From Euglena gracilis (Eukaryota): a stretch of 64,000 nt of DNA. The DNA lies in contig CP154954.1 of NCBI GenBank assembly GCA_039621445.1, positions 47,037,847 to 47,101,846 of the forward strand, written 5' to 3'. Made by a program: the position numbers and the translations under genes. The notes under the pieces are model-generated. The model saw only the letters and a program-made list of their open reading frames with translations. It was not told where the DNA came from and searched no databases. Shown in pieces: positions 12,297-27,000 of the stretch. Numbering within the stretch: the stretch's first letter is position 1; each line of letters starts with the position of its first letter.

Positions 12297-15200
12297 TTAT
12301 GTGGCAGCAGCCAGCCGGTCCACCGTGGCCTGCAGGATTCGTTTCTGCAGCACGCGGAATCGCACACACGTCCGCACGTTGGGCGACAGCTGCGGGTCCT
12401 CCAGCAGCGCGAGGTCCTCGGCGACGGTGGTGGGGTAGGCGGCGAGCAGCTGCCGGCAGCGGGCCAGGACGACCGCCTCGGGGAAGCCCCGGCTGTGGTC
12501 CAGGCTGTGGAGGGCCCGGGTGCTGGCAGGGCGCCGCCTGCAACCCGGCCCGGCAACCCGGCCTGGCAACCCGGCCCGCCCAAAGAAAAGGGACCTCTGC
12601 CCTCCCGGAACTCCCAGCCCATCCCCAGTGATGCGGTCTGGAGGCATCCGCCAGGGGGCACCTGGAAGTTGAAAGGGGGGGGGGGCTCTCCAAAGAGGCG
12701 ATGGGCATCCTGAAAATGCATTTGGTTGCTGCTGAGAGATGTTGCATGAGTATCGACTTTTGTGCGAGCTGCTGACAAACGAAGGTGGTATGAACCATTT
12801 TGACTCCCAGAAACCACCCCTCCCAAATGCAGCCCCACCCACCCCAGGGTCTTTCATTCTGGCTACGAGATGTAGACTCCCAAGGAAATGCCGACAGGTG
12901 AAGCTTGGAAGTCGGAAGGCATCAGACGCGAAAATTCTCATTTTGTTTCGCTGGTTACTAAAACTTTCTGCGAAGAAAACAACCTTCAGTGATTGAAAGC
13001 TCACTATGAAAAGTTGCATGAGAAATAATGATGATAATAATAATAATAATGCCTTTTGGATTGCAGAAATGAAAATGGAAATGGGAAAAAAATAGAAATG
13101 AAGAATGGAAAATTTGCTTGAAAACGTATCCATGGTGAATCTGAGACCCAGAAAAATGTCCGATTGTTCTGCAAAACGAAAGAATGGCATATTTTTAGAG
13201 GAGAGAATTTGTGTCTCTCTTTTGGAACTGTCAAAGATAATTTACTGGAACTGAACCCGCCCATCAGGTGTCGCTTTTTTGCCTTTCCACGGTTTTGCCC
13301 ACAACAAGATTGATCTGAACTGGAAATAAATGCTGGTCATGAGGGAAATATAAAAAACATTAGGTTGAAAGAAGCTGGAATGCAATTCCAAATGCTGCGC
13401 TTAAAAATTTCCTGAAAAATAATCTATCTGCAAGTCCCAAAAGACGCAAGACAGGCGTCCGGGGGAGATAACAAGGAAAATAATGATGCGAAGTCAAAGT
13501 GGTGACCTCTGATTTTGCTTCCTGTCGCATTTGCACATACTGTCAAGCAAGGAACGAATGGCTGCCTGAAACCTCAAGAGGCACCAGGGATGAGGCGCCC
13601 ATCCACCATTGAGGCTGCAACAAATAACCGGCAAGGCTCTGAGTCAAAGCCAATCCTGACTTGATCTGGGTCTTGTGTAAAGAAAAAGGCGCACACTCAC
13701 GCACTACCTCGGGCCTGCACGAGTGTCCGAGTGAACTGCTCCAAAGCTGAAAAATTTGGTTGGCTCTGGCTGGGAAAAAAAAAAAAAAAAAAAAAGAGGG
13801 GGGGTGGCGGGGGAGGGTGGGGAGGGGGCGGGGTGGGCGTAATGGGGGGGACGGGTGCGGGGGGGGGCTGATGGGGGGGGGTTTAGGGGGTAGACAGGGG
13901 TAACTTCCCTCTGAGTGATCCCTGTCTGGAACCCCAGGGGTTTTTGTGACAAACTTGTCGCTTCCACGTCAAGGGTCAGACTCAGAGCCTCTGCCTGTTC
14001 AAGCTCGGGCTACAAACGACAGAAATGCCCCCCAGGCTGTACTTGGAGGTGTTGGAGTTGTGTTGGTGTTGTACTTGGAGGGTTGACTCTGGACAGGGGC
14101 TAAATTGTGCTTGAGCTTCCGCTGTAGATCCTTGGCCGAGACCCAGCGCCACCTGTGAGTGGGTGGGTGATGGCACTGGGGATGGGGCAAGCCAGAGGTT
14201 GAGAAAGCGAAGCACAACGGGCTTCAAGCCAAAAGGCCAAAAGGCTGATGAAGGAAAGGCGGGCGATGGCGGGGTCATGGACCTGCTGGCCAAGAATGTG
14301 GAGCAGAACTCGGCAAGGTCCCGGACCCGCTCGAACACGACCACGTTATCGTACGGGTTGTGGTCCAACACAAATCCGTAGGAGAGGAAGAGTACCCGGT
14401 TGGAAAACTTGCCATATTGGACGGTGACCTCCTGGCTGCAGGGCACCCATCATGACTACGCAAAGGCTAACATGGATATTGCATGAATGTGCATATTATT
14501 CTAAAGAAAAATATATACATACATTCATATTCAAAATAAACACTTATATGGGGGGGTGACATTTTCCCCCCAAGGTCCTGGGCTAATTGAAAGAATAGGG
14601 TTGGGGTCGCTGAGCTCTTGTCTCTTCAGAGGAAGAGCGAAGCTGGCCACTGGGGAAAAAGGGGGGGGGAGAACACCCCTACCTGACTCATCTACCGAGG
14701 GGCTGGGGGGGGTAGAACCCCCCCCTTGGTAGGTGATGAAAACTGCAGATCATCATCAAGACCCCAGTCCCGTTCCCTGGACAGTTTCCGGATCACCTCC
14801 ATTTGAACCAAACTCCCTGCCAGACCCAAGCCATTCACCCGTGAAGGGGTCCAAACTGGGTAGGATTCACCAAATCCGACTCTGTCATTTCGCAGGGGTG
14901 AGATTCGGTCAAAGAATCAATTTTTCGAAAATATCTCGAGAAAACGTACATTATCTAAGTGTCGGCAAGACGAAATGTGCCCCTGGAGGCCCTCTACTCT
15001 ATCGCTCCCCATTTGCCATTTTGGCCGCCGACACGCCTGGCCTGTGTTCCAACGCGCTTTTTGGCAAAACAGCCATCTTGGGGTGATTTTTGGGCCGTTA
15101 TTTTTTTGGTAAAAAAACCTGATTTTTTCAAATTCAATTTTCTCGACAATGAAGCAAAATCAAAGGAAATGTTTAGAGACCAAAAATGAAGCCCTTTGAA

Positions 15201-17978
15201 TAGCCTATCCAACCATGCTTCAGTTTTCTCCCAACTCTTCGTGTAGCTTGAGCTGCCGCCATTTTTTGGCTAATTTCGGCCCATTTCATTTTTGGACTCT
15301 TTTTGGGGTCAAAAAAATCGCTGTTTCCATTATATCTCGGAAATGAAGCAAAATAAAAGGAAATGTCCAGAGACTGAAATTGAAGCCCTTTGAACGCCCT
15401 ATCTAATGGTATATTGGTTTCCCTGTAACTCCCCGCAAAGCCCGAGATATAGCTGATTTCACGGCCCAAAACAAGCTTTTGTTTTTGACATTTCGGGCCA
15501 AAAAAAGGAAACAATCAAAAAATTTTACTCAAGTCGATGTCTCTTGGCCTCCCGGACCCAGAAAAACTGTTTTCGAGCCGAAAATGAGCGTTTTTTGACC
15601 CCTTCATCCTGTTTTCGGCCCAAAACCCATGGCCCGGGGGGGGGGGGGCAGCCGGCGGCCCAGGCCGGGGAAACCCAAAGAGACGGCTTTGGGTAATTTT
15701 TTCCGATTTTTTCGACATTTTTGACCTGGAAATGACCCCAAATGCAAACCAAGGGCTGGGCCGGGCCGGGTCGGGTCCCCCTGGCTGCCACAAGCCTCAA
15801 ACATGTAAAGAGCTCAGCACTACACAAAACCTGGTTAGGCGTAACGTTAAGCATAACTCCTTTGCCCTAACTAAAATAGATGCATGCATGCATGCATGGG
15901 AAAAAACCAACAAATGACACCAGAAAGTGTCGAAATACAATGTGTTCTGTTTGTTTTCACCAAATGGAGTGCTCTGCTAGGCCCCTTTGTACACCCGCGC
16001 TCCCGGTCACCAACTGGACGGCAGGCTTGTCTGAGGAATCGAATTTCAAGACAGCGTTGGCGACGAAACTGTGGTTGGCAAATTCACGCAGCAGGATGGC
16101 AAACGGAACTTACGCTCCGTAGGGGGACCCGTGGGACCTCCGTCACTTTGCATGGAGCTGCATCAGACTGCCAGAAGGGGTGGGGTAATTTTCTCAAAAG
16201 ATCCAGAAATTTTGCAAATGGCATTGGTTTTTTGGGGGAAGGGAACACCTCAAAAAAAGACAACGATGGCAAAGAACATACAGTGACAGAAATTTTGGCA
16301 AAATACCCAAATTTTGCCATAATTTCTTTTCTCGTAATTTTCTCACTCCGTCGGTTTCCGACGCCCTCTTGGGAAGCCGCAAGCACAATGCTGGGACGGT
16401 CATGCTTTGACTTCTCAGAGTCAATGAGGACGCACTGTGTCTTAGTGGTCAGCAAAACAACCGTCACACATAAACTCGTCACAGCGAACGCACTTACGGG
16501 CTGTGTGTGTGCTACATTCACAAGGATGTGTGGGCTCAGCACGAAGGGATGCTTTGAGGCAGGGCGGTTCTTAAGCAAATAAAAAAAACTCCGCTGTCAC
16601 AGCACATTCAATGAAAAATCCATAGAGAAACATCTTGCACCTCAGCCATTTCGGAATCTGTCAGAATACGCTTGCGGCCACGTTTTTCATGCCGTAATAT
16701 GAACCATTGTCCTTCCAAAATTTCAAGCAGCGATTAACTGTACTCCAAGGAAGAATAATCTCTTTGAACTCACCCTTGGCATGGCGATCAATAGCTCCTC
16801 CAATCCCATGTTGGCGTGCCCAATCTGTGACGGTTTTTGTGTAACCGTCTGTCCAAACATGAGGTTTTGCCTTGGAAGATGCAACCTCATCCAGCACAAC
16901 ACGTGGGACGGCATGTGAATTCATGGCTAAATTGGAGAAAATGAGAAACTGAAACGTACTTCTTTTAATAAGCAGAGGGAAGAAAGAAATTTTTTAGGAA
17001 AAAACCAGATTTTGCCAAAATTTATTTTGCCAAAATAAAAATTTTGCCAAAAATTTTTTCTCGTATTTTTTTTGCCGTAATTTTTGTTTTCCGTAATTTT
17101 TAGCCACACTGTAAACGAAAAAATACATATTCTCGAGGGTGATGGTATAAAAACCCCCAAAAATCACAAAAAAAAATCCTAAAAATCACAGGAATTGTTT
17201 CCCCCTTATTCTGGGGGCATCTCTGCCCAAAAAAAACTCTGTCTGTCCAAAAAAAATCAAAATTACTCACTCCCCAAAATGGGACAATGAGAAAACAACT
17301 CAAATACTTCAAACCCGGGTTCTTCTTAAGGACTGCTGGGGGGGGGGATGGAAAAAGGTTATGGTTTGAAAAAAGGTGCTGGCTGGACCTTCTCTGGGGG
17401 TGGGTTTGGGGGGGGGCAGCCAGTTGGCAGCTGGACACGCCTGGGACCCGAAAACAGGCAAAAAAAATCCAAATCCAGCTTGGCCGGATTTTAGCCAAAA
17501 TTCTGAGGCAAGAACCCAAAACCCCTCAAAAATACCATCCTTGACCCCCTTTTTCAAAAATTTAGCATTTTGTGCCGAAACTTCCAGCGCTGCTCCGCCA
17601 GGCTGGTAACAACTTTCAGTGGACCCCAGGGTGGATCCACAGCCTGGCTGGGAGCTGCTGGATGGGGAAAACATTGCTGGCTGGATCCCCCTCTCCTGGA
17701 TCGCCCCCCTCCGGTTGTCAAAACCCCTGCTTCGGACACAGACCGAGACAAAAACGTTTGACAGAAGAGAAGAAATGATAGAATGCTTGGGGCGAATGAA
17801 TTTCGAGAAGAGCAGGAAGTTACACGGGGAGATGGCAAAAGAGAGGGAGAAGCGCACATTCTGCAAAATTAAAAAAACACAAAAAATAATTATTTATTTA
17901 GTTATTTATTTATTTATTCATTTATTTGTTTATTTGTTTTATTTATTTTTTCATTCATTTTTTCATTTATTTATTTAT

Positions 17979-18023
<45 letters not shown>

Positions 18024-18024
18024 A

Positions 18025-18057
<33 letters not shown>

Positions 18058-21000
18058 ATCAGTTATTTTTTTCATTTATTTTTTCATTTTTCTTTTATTT
18101 ATTTATTTATTGATTGATTGATCGATTTATTAACTTATTTATGGAATTTGATGTCGTTTCTGGGACCATTTTTATGCATCTATTTCTGAAATGCAAAAAA
18201 AAATACAAATCAGGGAGAGGTCCCAGTGAGGATAAATCAACTGCATCACTTGCGCAATTGCGCAACTGCGCAAAAAAAATCTGAAAACTCACTTGAGCAA
18301 TTGCACAAACAGATGCAAATGTGGCAGCGCCTCTGCAGCGCCAGTGCAAAATAGACCGCCTAAGACAATCTCAAACTCAATTCCACTGGCAAACTGACCA
18401 CTTGGGGGCTGCAATGAAATGGAGGATTGAAACGTTGCTCTTGATTTGTCGGTATTGCGAAACTGCAACCCCCCCCGAAAAAAACAGCAGCAACACTAGC
18501 AGCAAGCAGCAACAAACCGCCACCACCACCATCAAGTGTTTGAGGAGCCTTGCCCGCTTGAACTGATTCCTATCACAATCCGCCAGCTGAGATGATTGAG
18601 CTTGAGGCGTGAGGGACCCAGCAGGCACCGTGCCATCCTGGACTACTCCTGGGCTCAGCACCCTACCGTCGGAGCCAGGCTGTGGGATGGCGATTGCGAT
18701 GATGATCAGGACACAGGCGGAAGCTCCCTCACATGAACAACCTCCATGGATTGAAAAACCGGGCCAGTGTGAATCAGCAAAAAGTGCTGAAGTGTGAATC
18801 AGCAAAAACAGCCCTCGAAACGAAAATGGGGATCAAATTAACAATTCATTGATGAGAAATGAGATTTGAAACGTCAGGATTACGTAATACCCCGTACCGT
18901 TTGGAGCACAATGGGCACAATGTGCAGCTGTGTGGGACGGCCAGGGGGAGGCGCACCATGGCCACACAGCGAGAGCCAAGGATGGAAATGGCCCAGCAAA
19001 AGTCAGCAAGAGTCGCGTCGCGCCGGACCTCAGCCAGGCCGCCTTGATCCGCAAATTCAGAGCAGTTGTTGGAGGCAAACTCTCGTGATTGGAAGGTGAA
19101 GTTCTGGGTTGTTTTTGAGGCTCACGGGCAGTTTCTTTCTTCCCTTCCCATTTGTTGGAGCAGCTAAGAAGGTGGTTTTCACCGGGGGGGGGGGCAAAAA
19201 CTGCACACGGGCAGGTCAAAAACTGCACTGCAAAAAATTGCAAAAAAAAACTGCAAAAAAAACTGCAAACTGCAAAAAAAAACTGCAAAAAAACTGCAAA
19301 AAACTGCAAAAAAAACTGCAAAAAAACTGCAAAAAAACTGCAAAAAAAAACTGCACATCAACAAAAAATAACAATAAACACACTGAAATGGTGTGCATAT
19401 GCAAAACAATGTAATTTGTAATCACATGAGAACGCCCCAATTCACCTAACTTTTGCACAACTTTGGAGCTGTTGACAATAAAAATGAAAGCAATCAATCA
19501 AGGTACACTGTACATGGGTTTTCATGCACTGAAACACAAGTCATGTGTTTGGTTTGGATGCTGGTTCACGCTGGTTTTCCTGCACCAAAGCTTGTGACGG
19601 CCATGCCCACGGAGGTGCCAAACAGCTAAATATGAAAAAATGTACCCATATGCAGAAAGTTTCTATGCTTTTAATTCTTGCATGAAATGTTCAGTTTTGG
19701 AACTTTCGGTCCATCACCTGGTGCACTTCACCCATGTCACGATGTTAAAAAACTTCAAAACTAAAAAAAAATTCTACAACAACCATCACAAACTTTGAAT
19801 ACTGTCTTTAGGGGATGGCCAAATGGTCTGGGAATTCCTTGCAAATAAGAATGACTTCTTTGAAGCATTTGGCTTGTGTGATATTTGGCCAAAATGCTTG
19901 GGACAAGGCCCAATCTTCTACAGGAGCTCGTGCTCCTTTGCGTCTCCACGAATCTCACAAACTCCAACTTCAACCAAAATTTGCACAAAAAAAACAGTTT
20001 TTGGATTTAGTCCCCAGGAATCCCAAAATAATTAGTTCAATCTGCTCAGGAGTGTGCAAATCACGATTGCCAAAATAAGCATCGTGACATCTGTCACCAC
20101 ATGCACAAGTTGGAGATGGAGCGATTTTGGTTGGGGAGAAATTGTGGTGTTGTCACCGAAACAATCTGTTTTTTGGAATGGTGGCTACAACAATTTCTGT
20201 TGTGTCGAGAGGCAAGGAAGTTGGCAAACAGTTGGGGGCAAGACAACTGGTGGGATTACTGTAGACAACACAACTCATGAAGAGATTTTTTGAGAGAGGC
20301 TTTTTCAAACAATATAATCCAGCGTAACAAGGACAGAGCACCAAAAAATGAGCACCTCAGGTTTCCTCAAAACTGAAATCAAAAAAAAGCTGCAAAAAAA
20401 ACTGCAAAAAACTGCAAAAAAAATGCAAAAAACCCCAAAATGTGAAAACTGCAAAAAACTGCAAAAACTGCACGGTGCATATTTTGCCCCTCCCTGTTTT
20501 CACACCCCTGCGGACGACAGGCAGGGGTGTGAGGTAGGGGTTTTCAAACAATCATCATGCAAAACCTCTAAGAAATATATTAAAAAATGTTGATGGGATG
20601 TGCAAACTCCTTCTGGGTCAAGAAAATTTACCGGTTGGTAGAAATGCATGCTCTTTTTGGTCTTCCAATTTAGAAGGACCCTGTCTGATGACGATTTCCC
20701 CATTTATAACGAACCACTGAAAAATTTCCACCAATTTGAATGCAGGCAAAACAGGCATGAAGCTGACACTGAGCATTGAGGCTCACAAAAAAATGTAACA
20801 TGAAATATGAGCCGCTGGTCTGCTTTCTAGGAGCTGAGCCCTTAAACGATTTTGGAAATTAGGGGATAAATTTTGCTGGCCGATTTTGGTGCTGGCAGGA
20901 ATCCCAGGTAATCCTGGCATAATCTGGTAATTGTCCCCAGCGAACAGCAAACAAAATCTCAATTTCAAAATACCTGGCCATTTCAAACCTCACAACCTTA

Positions 21001-24000
21001 AAAAGGGGCCAGGGGATGCCTTCAGCTCCACGGTGCAGACACGCAGCTTAAAAAACCCCCTGAGGGCCTGTTCAGAAAGATTACTTACAAAATGGCCAAT
21101 TGTTTGTGGGGTCCTGGTCAGAGAGGTTGGACACTGGAAAATCAGGGCCGGTTGGAAAAAGGATGGCACCCGCCTCAAGGGGGCTGGCTGGAACCCGGTC
21201 TCAACTGGCCCAGGTCCCTCCGGTTTTATATTGGGGCAGATCTTTCAAGACCCCCACAGGGGTTTTACATTTGGGAGGGGGAATGAATGGGGGGGAACCC
21301 AAACTTCTGGCGATTGTCTGCCCTTTTCCATTTTGTCCCTCGTAGCTCTTTTGTGTTGCTTCCAACAAAAAATACCTCTCCGAAGACACCCCGATGTCTC
21401 GCTTTCGGTCGTTTCGAGTGCCAAGGCCACTGAATCACCAACATCTGAGGAGTCAGGAGGTGATGGATCCGAATCTGATAACTTATTTTGGGAGGGTTTT
21501 ATATTTGGTTGCCAAACCAAACGCCCCAGGGGGGTTTTATACTTGGGGGGTTTGTATTTGGGGGGTTTCTGTTTGGGGGGGGTTTACATCCAGGGAGCTC
21601 CGGAAAAAAATTCATGCAACTAGGGGCTTTTGTGTTTATTTACCTTTTTCCATTTTGTGTGTCGCGATTTCCAAGGGAGAACGTTGTGTTTCCCTCTTGC
21701 ATCGGGGGCCGCAACAGGTTTTTCAGGTGGCTGGTGCAAATCATTCGACTTAGTCTTGGACCTCCTCCCCCATTGACGATCTCTCTGCCCAGCGGCCGTT
21801 CAGGCAGCTGAAGTAAGGGATATTGAGCTTTGTTGGCTGTCAATAAATCAATAGGTCGGGTATAGGTTAAAAGAAATGGGTCGAAAAGGGCGACCAATCA
21901 GTGTTTTTGGGAAATGCACTTTGCATTTTCATTTTTTTTTTGAATCCAGGGTTTTCCAGCTCCTTCAGATTAAATTTCTCGTTATGTTAACTCGGTTTTG
22001 ATATACATTTTGATGACATATGACGTTGGGCACATAAAAATTCTGAAAGGTATGAATTTGTTTGCCATTTTTTCAAAAGTCACAAAAGTTTGACAAAACG
22101 CTTGGGGCGGGAGGGGGGAATGCGTTCTTTTCTCCTTTGTGTGTGTGTGTTTCGATTTTTGCAAATTTTGTGGGTTTGCTCTGTTTCAATTCTTTGTGCA
22201 ATTTCTTCCCCTGGCAATTTTTCTTTTTTTTTGCTGTTTTTTTTGTGAAATTTTTTTTCAGCTTAAAAAAATGTGCATTTTGTCCCCGATTTCCCCCGGA
22301 GGAAGGGCCCAAATAATTTCAGAAGTTTGTGGTGAAAGTCCAGTTTCAGACATCAGTATCAAGGGCGACCAACTGTTCAAATTAGGCGGAATCAAACACA
22401 GCCTGTGCTCAGGCCCCAGACCCTGCCAGCATTCTTCTGCAAGGCGTCGCTGAGTCGATCGCAGGGCGGTGGCCCTCAATTGAAGTGTAACGCTGAGCCT
22501 TGGAGGCCCACTGAATGACAAAAGAAGCTCCTGGACCTAACCAAGAAAGCGACTTTGCCGAAAAAGGAAGGTAGCTTGGCAGTTGGAATGCTTCAAAATC
22601 CACAAATCACAAGCTGGTGGTTATGAGGGTGGCACAGAGAGGGACGTTTTTAGGATGATGACTACCACAGAATTGCCTGAAAAGTTATTCATTTGCTGCG
22701 CTTCCTGGAGGGAGAAATTCCGACCACTTGTTCCCAGAAGAAATACACTGAAAGGGAAGAAAAAAAGAGAAGGCTCGACTTTCAAAATACTCTGTGTGGT
22801 TTTTGTGGTATTATCTGTGTGGTTTGGAAAATAGAAGTGTGGCAGCAGCCTGGAGAAAGCAGCGCGCAAGATGTTCGCATCCTGGAGGTGCTCAAGCTCC
22901 TCTGCCCCGTACTGAAATTCAGGCATACAGCATTCCCGTGGCAACCCAGCAAGATACAATGGCAATTCCCCTCCCTGAACGTCATAATCCCCCCAAAAAA
23001 GCAGGTGCAGGGACTGCTGGCATAGACCAACCTCTGGAGGGGAGTCTCGTGACCTGGAGTGCCTGGGAGGCAAGAACTGTCCCCAGGGAGAGGGTTGGTG
23101 CCTGTCTGGTCATGGGCCCCAAAATGAGCCGTTTCTGGGCTTCCGTGCCTTCGTCACAGGAGTGCTGAAGGCACTTTTGGCACTTTTGGCCATGTGCTCC
23201 CCCCCCCCGAGGGTTGGATCTGGGGGCCTTGGACGGCCTGCCCAGCAGCCGAGAGCCGAGGTGGGTGGGCCATGCCTTAAAACCCAGCCTGGTGGGGGGC
23301 CTGGTTCTGATGAGAGTGGAAAATTTAAATGCAAAGGCAGCCATGCACAACTGAGTTCCAGTCCAATGCACCACGCGAGACGAACCCGTGTGAAAAAAAA
23401 TTGGAGTGTTTTAAATTTCCTTCACCGCATCGGCCTGGTCTCCCCGACAGATTTCCCTGGGATTCCAGGATGAGGAGGAGGAGGACTGACTGGAGCCCAC
23501 TCCCGGCTTTGCCGCCGGTGGAGAAGGTCGAGGGCCATCAGGGCGAGCCCAGGGGTGGTTTTGGACTCAGGCTCCCGGATGAACATGCCCTCAGGAACCG
23601 CCAACAGCACCTGCAAAAGGAGTGAATTCCAAAAGGGCTCCTCGGAGATGATGATGACCCGATTGGTTTGGGACCTCATAGCTTCCCAGGATGTATGGGA
23701 AGCTATGGGGGGGGGGTCGGACCCCCAACAAGGAGGGGTCCGACCGCGAAACTGAAGGGAGCTGAGAAAATTTTTGGTTTTATGGACCGGCAAAGGGCCG
23801 GAAACCAAGCCAAAATGTACAAAAATCCCTGACTTTCTTTGAATCTAAAATGGTCGTTTTTGAACACTTTTATGGGGAAAAGTGTTAAGCAGGGGTTTTC
23901 TGAAGGACCCCGGGGGGTCCTGTGCAGGGGATTTCTCAAGGACCCTGGGGGGGGGGTCCCGCGGCCAGCTGGAAAAAGGTGCTTGTTGGAACCACCCCCT

Positions 24001-27000
24001 GGGGGGGGGGGGCAGAGGGGGGTGGGAGCTGGACATGATGGGTACACAAAAAAATGCCCCCAAAAGCCCAAATCCAGCTGGGCTGTGTTGAGCCAAGCCC
24101 AGCTTTGCCGCATATTTCAGCAGACCCCCGGGGAGTGTCTGCAGCCCAGCTGGGAGGTGCTGCCTGGAAAAAAGACGCTGGCTGGCAGGACCAGGGTTTT
24201 TTTTTCCAAGACCAAGGGGTCCCCCCCACCCACCCCCTGGGGGGGCCCCGGGGGGTTCCCGGGGGACCCATTCACTATTCCCCGGAACAGTGAGTAAAAA
24301 AATGCAAAAAAATAGCACCTTTTCAAAATTTTCGGCAACGCTTGAGCGCAGATGATGGCCGCATTTTTGGCGTTGGATAATCACCCTCATTGTCCGTTGC
24401 ACTGGCACCTGCAGGACGCCATGGAACCTGCTCAGCGTTTGGCTGGGGGGATCACCTTGTGTGGAACCTTTGAGGATGCGTTGGTTGGTCCATTGGGGGG
24501 CACACCTTTTCATACCCCTCAACTTTTGTGGATCACACCCACACGTCAAATTCTCTGCCACCCTGTGGGCACCATCGTGGTCCGGACCCCCCCCCCCCGA
24601 CACCCACCTCAATACCAAACGGCTTCCCATCTACCCTGTTCGGGACCCACCAAAAGTTCATTTGGAGGGGTTACCTTTTTAAATAAAAAAAATGTGGAAA
24701 TACATGGGAGAGTGGCAAGGATCCAAGGATTCCGAGGGTCCAAGGATACCAGAAATCTCTTTCCCCCCCAAAATTGACCCCTGTTTGCCCAGATCCAGCC
24801 ATTCATGTGAATTTCTCACTGAATGTGCTGGGATGGGAAAATTTCTTTACTCTTAACGACGTCCTGTCCGCACGCCCCACACCCTTGGGGAGGATATTGA
24901 CTGTTTTTTTTTCCTTTTGGAGTGACGGACTGGTTTTTGGCTCCAGACCCGGGCCGAAAGATTGGCCGAAGTGGCCCAACCAGCGCCGAAGGCCAAGAAT
25001 ATTCCTTGGCCCAAACCCATTGATTTTGAGACATTTCAGCTCGAGTTGATGTTTTGCTTGACCCATGTTCATCTGAATCCTGAGATCGCTCAACCATCAC
25101 CAGCTTCAAACGATGGACGGTGGCATCAAACGTGATGCACCTGGTTGGCGGATATGTCCTGGGTGGCATAGAGACCCCGCAGTCCATTCGCATCTGTTTT
25201 CAACTCAAGAGGCAAGTCTGGGGAGCCGATGCCAATTTCAACGAGCCATTGAATGAGAGAGCATGCTCCATCTGCTACATGCCCTTCTTCGACCAATGTT
25301 GCTGACCCTGTCAAAAGCAGAGAGAGCTTGATATTTCACATCTTAAATGTTGCTCTCATGCACATTGCGCAAACAGTTTTCTAAATGCAAATCCAAGGGA
25401 ATGTGGCTTTAAATAAATAAATATGTACATGTGCACAGATTCCATAGTTCAGGGGGGTCAACGGAGCGCAAAGGCATTGATTGCTGTCTTGTGAGTGTAC
25501 GACACCCCAGCTGATTATGACCTGGACTTGAAAACCACAGAAACAGCCAGAGGCAAGAGCATGGAGTCTGGTCCCATGAAAATGATGTTCAATGAAGGGG
25601 AAAAAATATCTAGAACCAGTTGGACAGAATTGTTTACAGCGAATCAATGTGGTCCAGCAGTCTGATGATACACCCCCATCTGAGCTGTTGGTTTTCGACT
25701 GAAATGTGGAACCTCACCAGCGTTTGAAAGGGGATGCAGAGGAAGTAATCTGAAATATTATGAGACAACAATGATTTTCCGGTTGCGCCAACGCATCATG
25801 CAAGAAATGTGTAACGAGAAAGGAATCGAGGAGGCAATGGAGTTTCAAAGGCGTTTGCGCGTGTCACTCCACCTGGTCAACTTTTCACTGAAATGGCACA
25901 TTAACCCCCCCCCCCCGCTGAAACCCCCCCACTTATAACCCCCCCTCGGGCCGACCAACCAAACCTTGACTTATAACCCCCCAGGGAAGGAAAATGAAAA
26001 CTGCCAGGACGATTTCTTCGGCCGCAAACCACCCAAAAATGATTTTTTGGCAATTTTTTGAGACCGACCATCATCAAAAAAATGCCATTTTTGACCAAAT
26101 TTGCCAAAATTGCCGATTTCAGGGGCTTTGGGGATCGTTTGGGGGGGATTTTCACCAACGATTCCTTGACTTGTCAACCCCCTCCCTACTCATAACCCCC
26201 CCCTTCGGCCGACCAAATGGGGGGGTTTATATCCGCCACTGCCGACTGACAGTGTGCCTAAGGTGACCCTCTGGTGCCAAAGAACACTCGCTCAAATATA
26301 TTTTTCTCAAACAGAATTTTTTTCTTTGCAACCCTCTGAGCGATAATGGTTCAAGTTCCGAAGGGAGATTGGGAGAACACTCTCACTTCCTCCTCTCCCT
26401 CCAGTATGTGGCAAACAATCATGACACATTTTCAATCTTGTGCAAGTTAGCTGTACACAAGCCCGGGATTGAGAACATTCAAAGCTGCACACATCAGGGG
26501 AGGGAACACAACATGGACCCTCCAAAAATGCCACGCAAAAAAGCGCAAAAAAAAACCGCAAAAAAACACACAAAAAAACGAAAAAATGCAAATTGCATGT
26601 AAAAAATCCTTAAGGAACTGCCCCAACCAAATCATGAAGTTTTCATGTATTTTGCCTTTAGACCCATTTCAAACCATTTTTCAATAATCCCACGATATGG
26701 GGAAAAAATTTGGAAGCTTTTGCCACAGAATTTTTGCCAACAATTTTTTTGCGATTGAAAGCCTTTGAAAGACATGTTACCAGAGTTTTCTTAAGGATCC
26801 CCGGGGGGAGGGGTCCCACGGGCCAGCTGGAAAAAGGTGCGGGCTGGACCCCCACTGGGGGGTAGGGGGTCCAGGAGGGCGAAAAGGCCCAAATCCAGCT
26901 AACATTCTTCAGCCAATTTTGAGGTGAAAACCGATCCCCGGGGGGAGGGGTCCCACGGGCCAGCTGGAAAAAGGTGTGGGCTGGACCCCCACTGGGGGGT

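Noticed and set aside
14790-14880. Apparent SET exon LDPFTGEWLGSGREFG
   Set aside because: It lies inside the asymmetric-IR element, and the flanking exons join better without it.
19109-19497. Lys/Cys-rich or Phe-rich ORFs
   Set aside because: These are translations of the AAAAAACTGC array.
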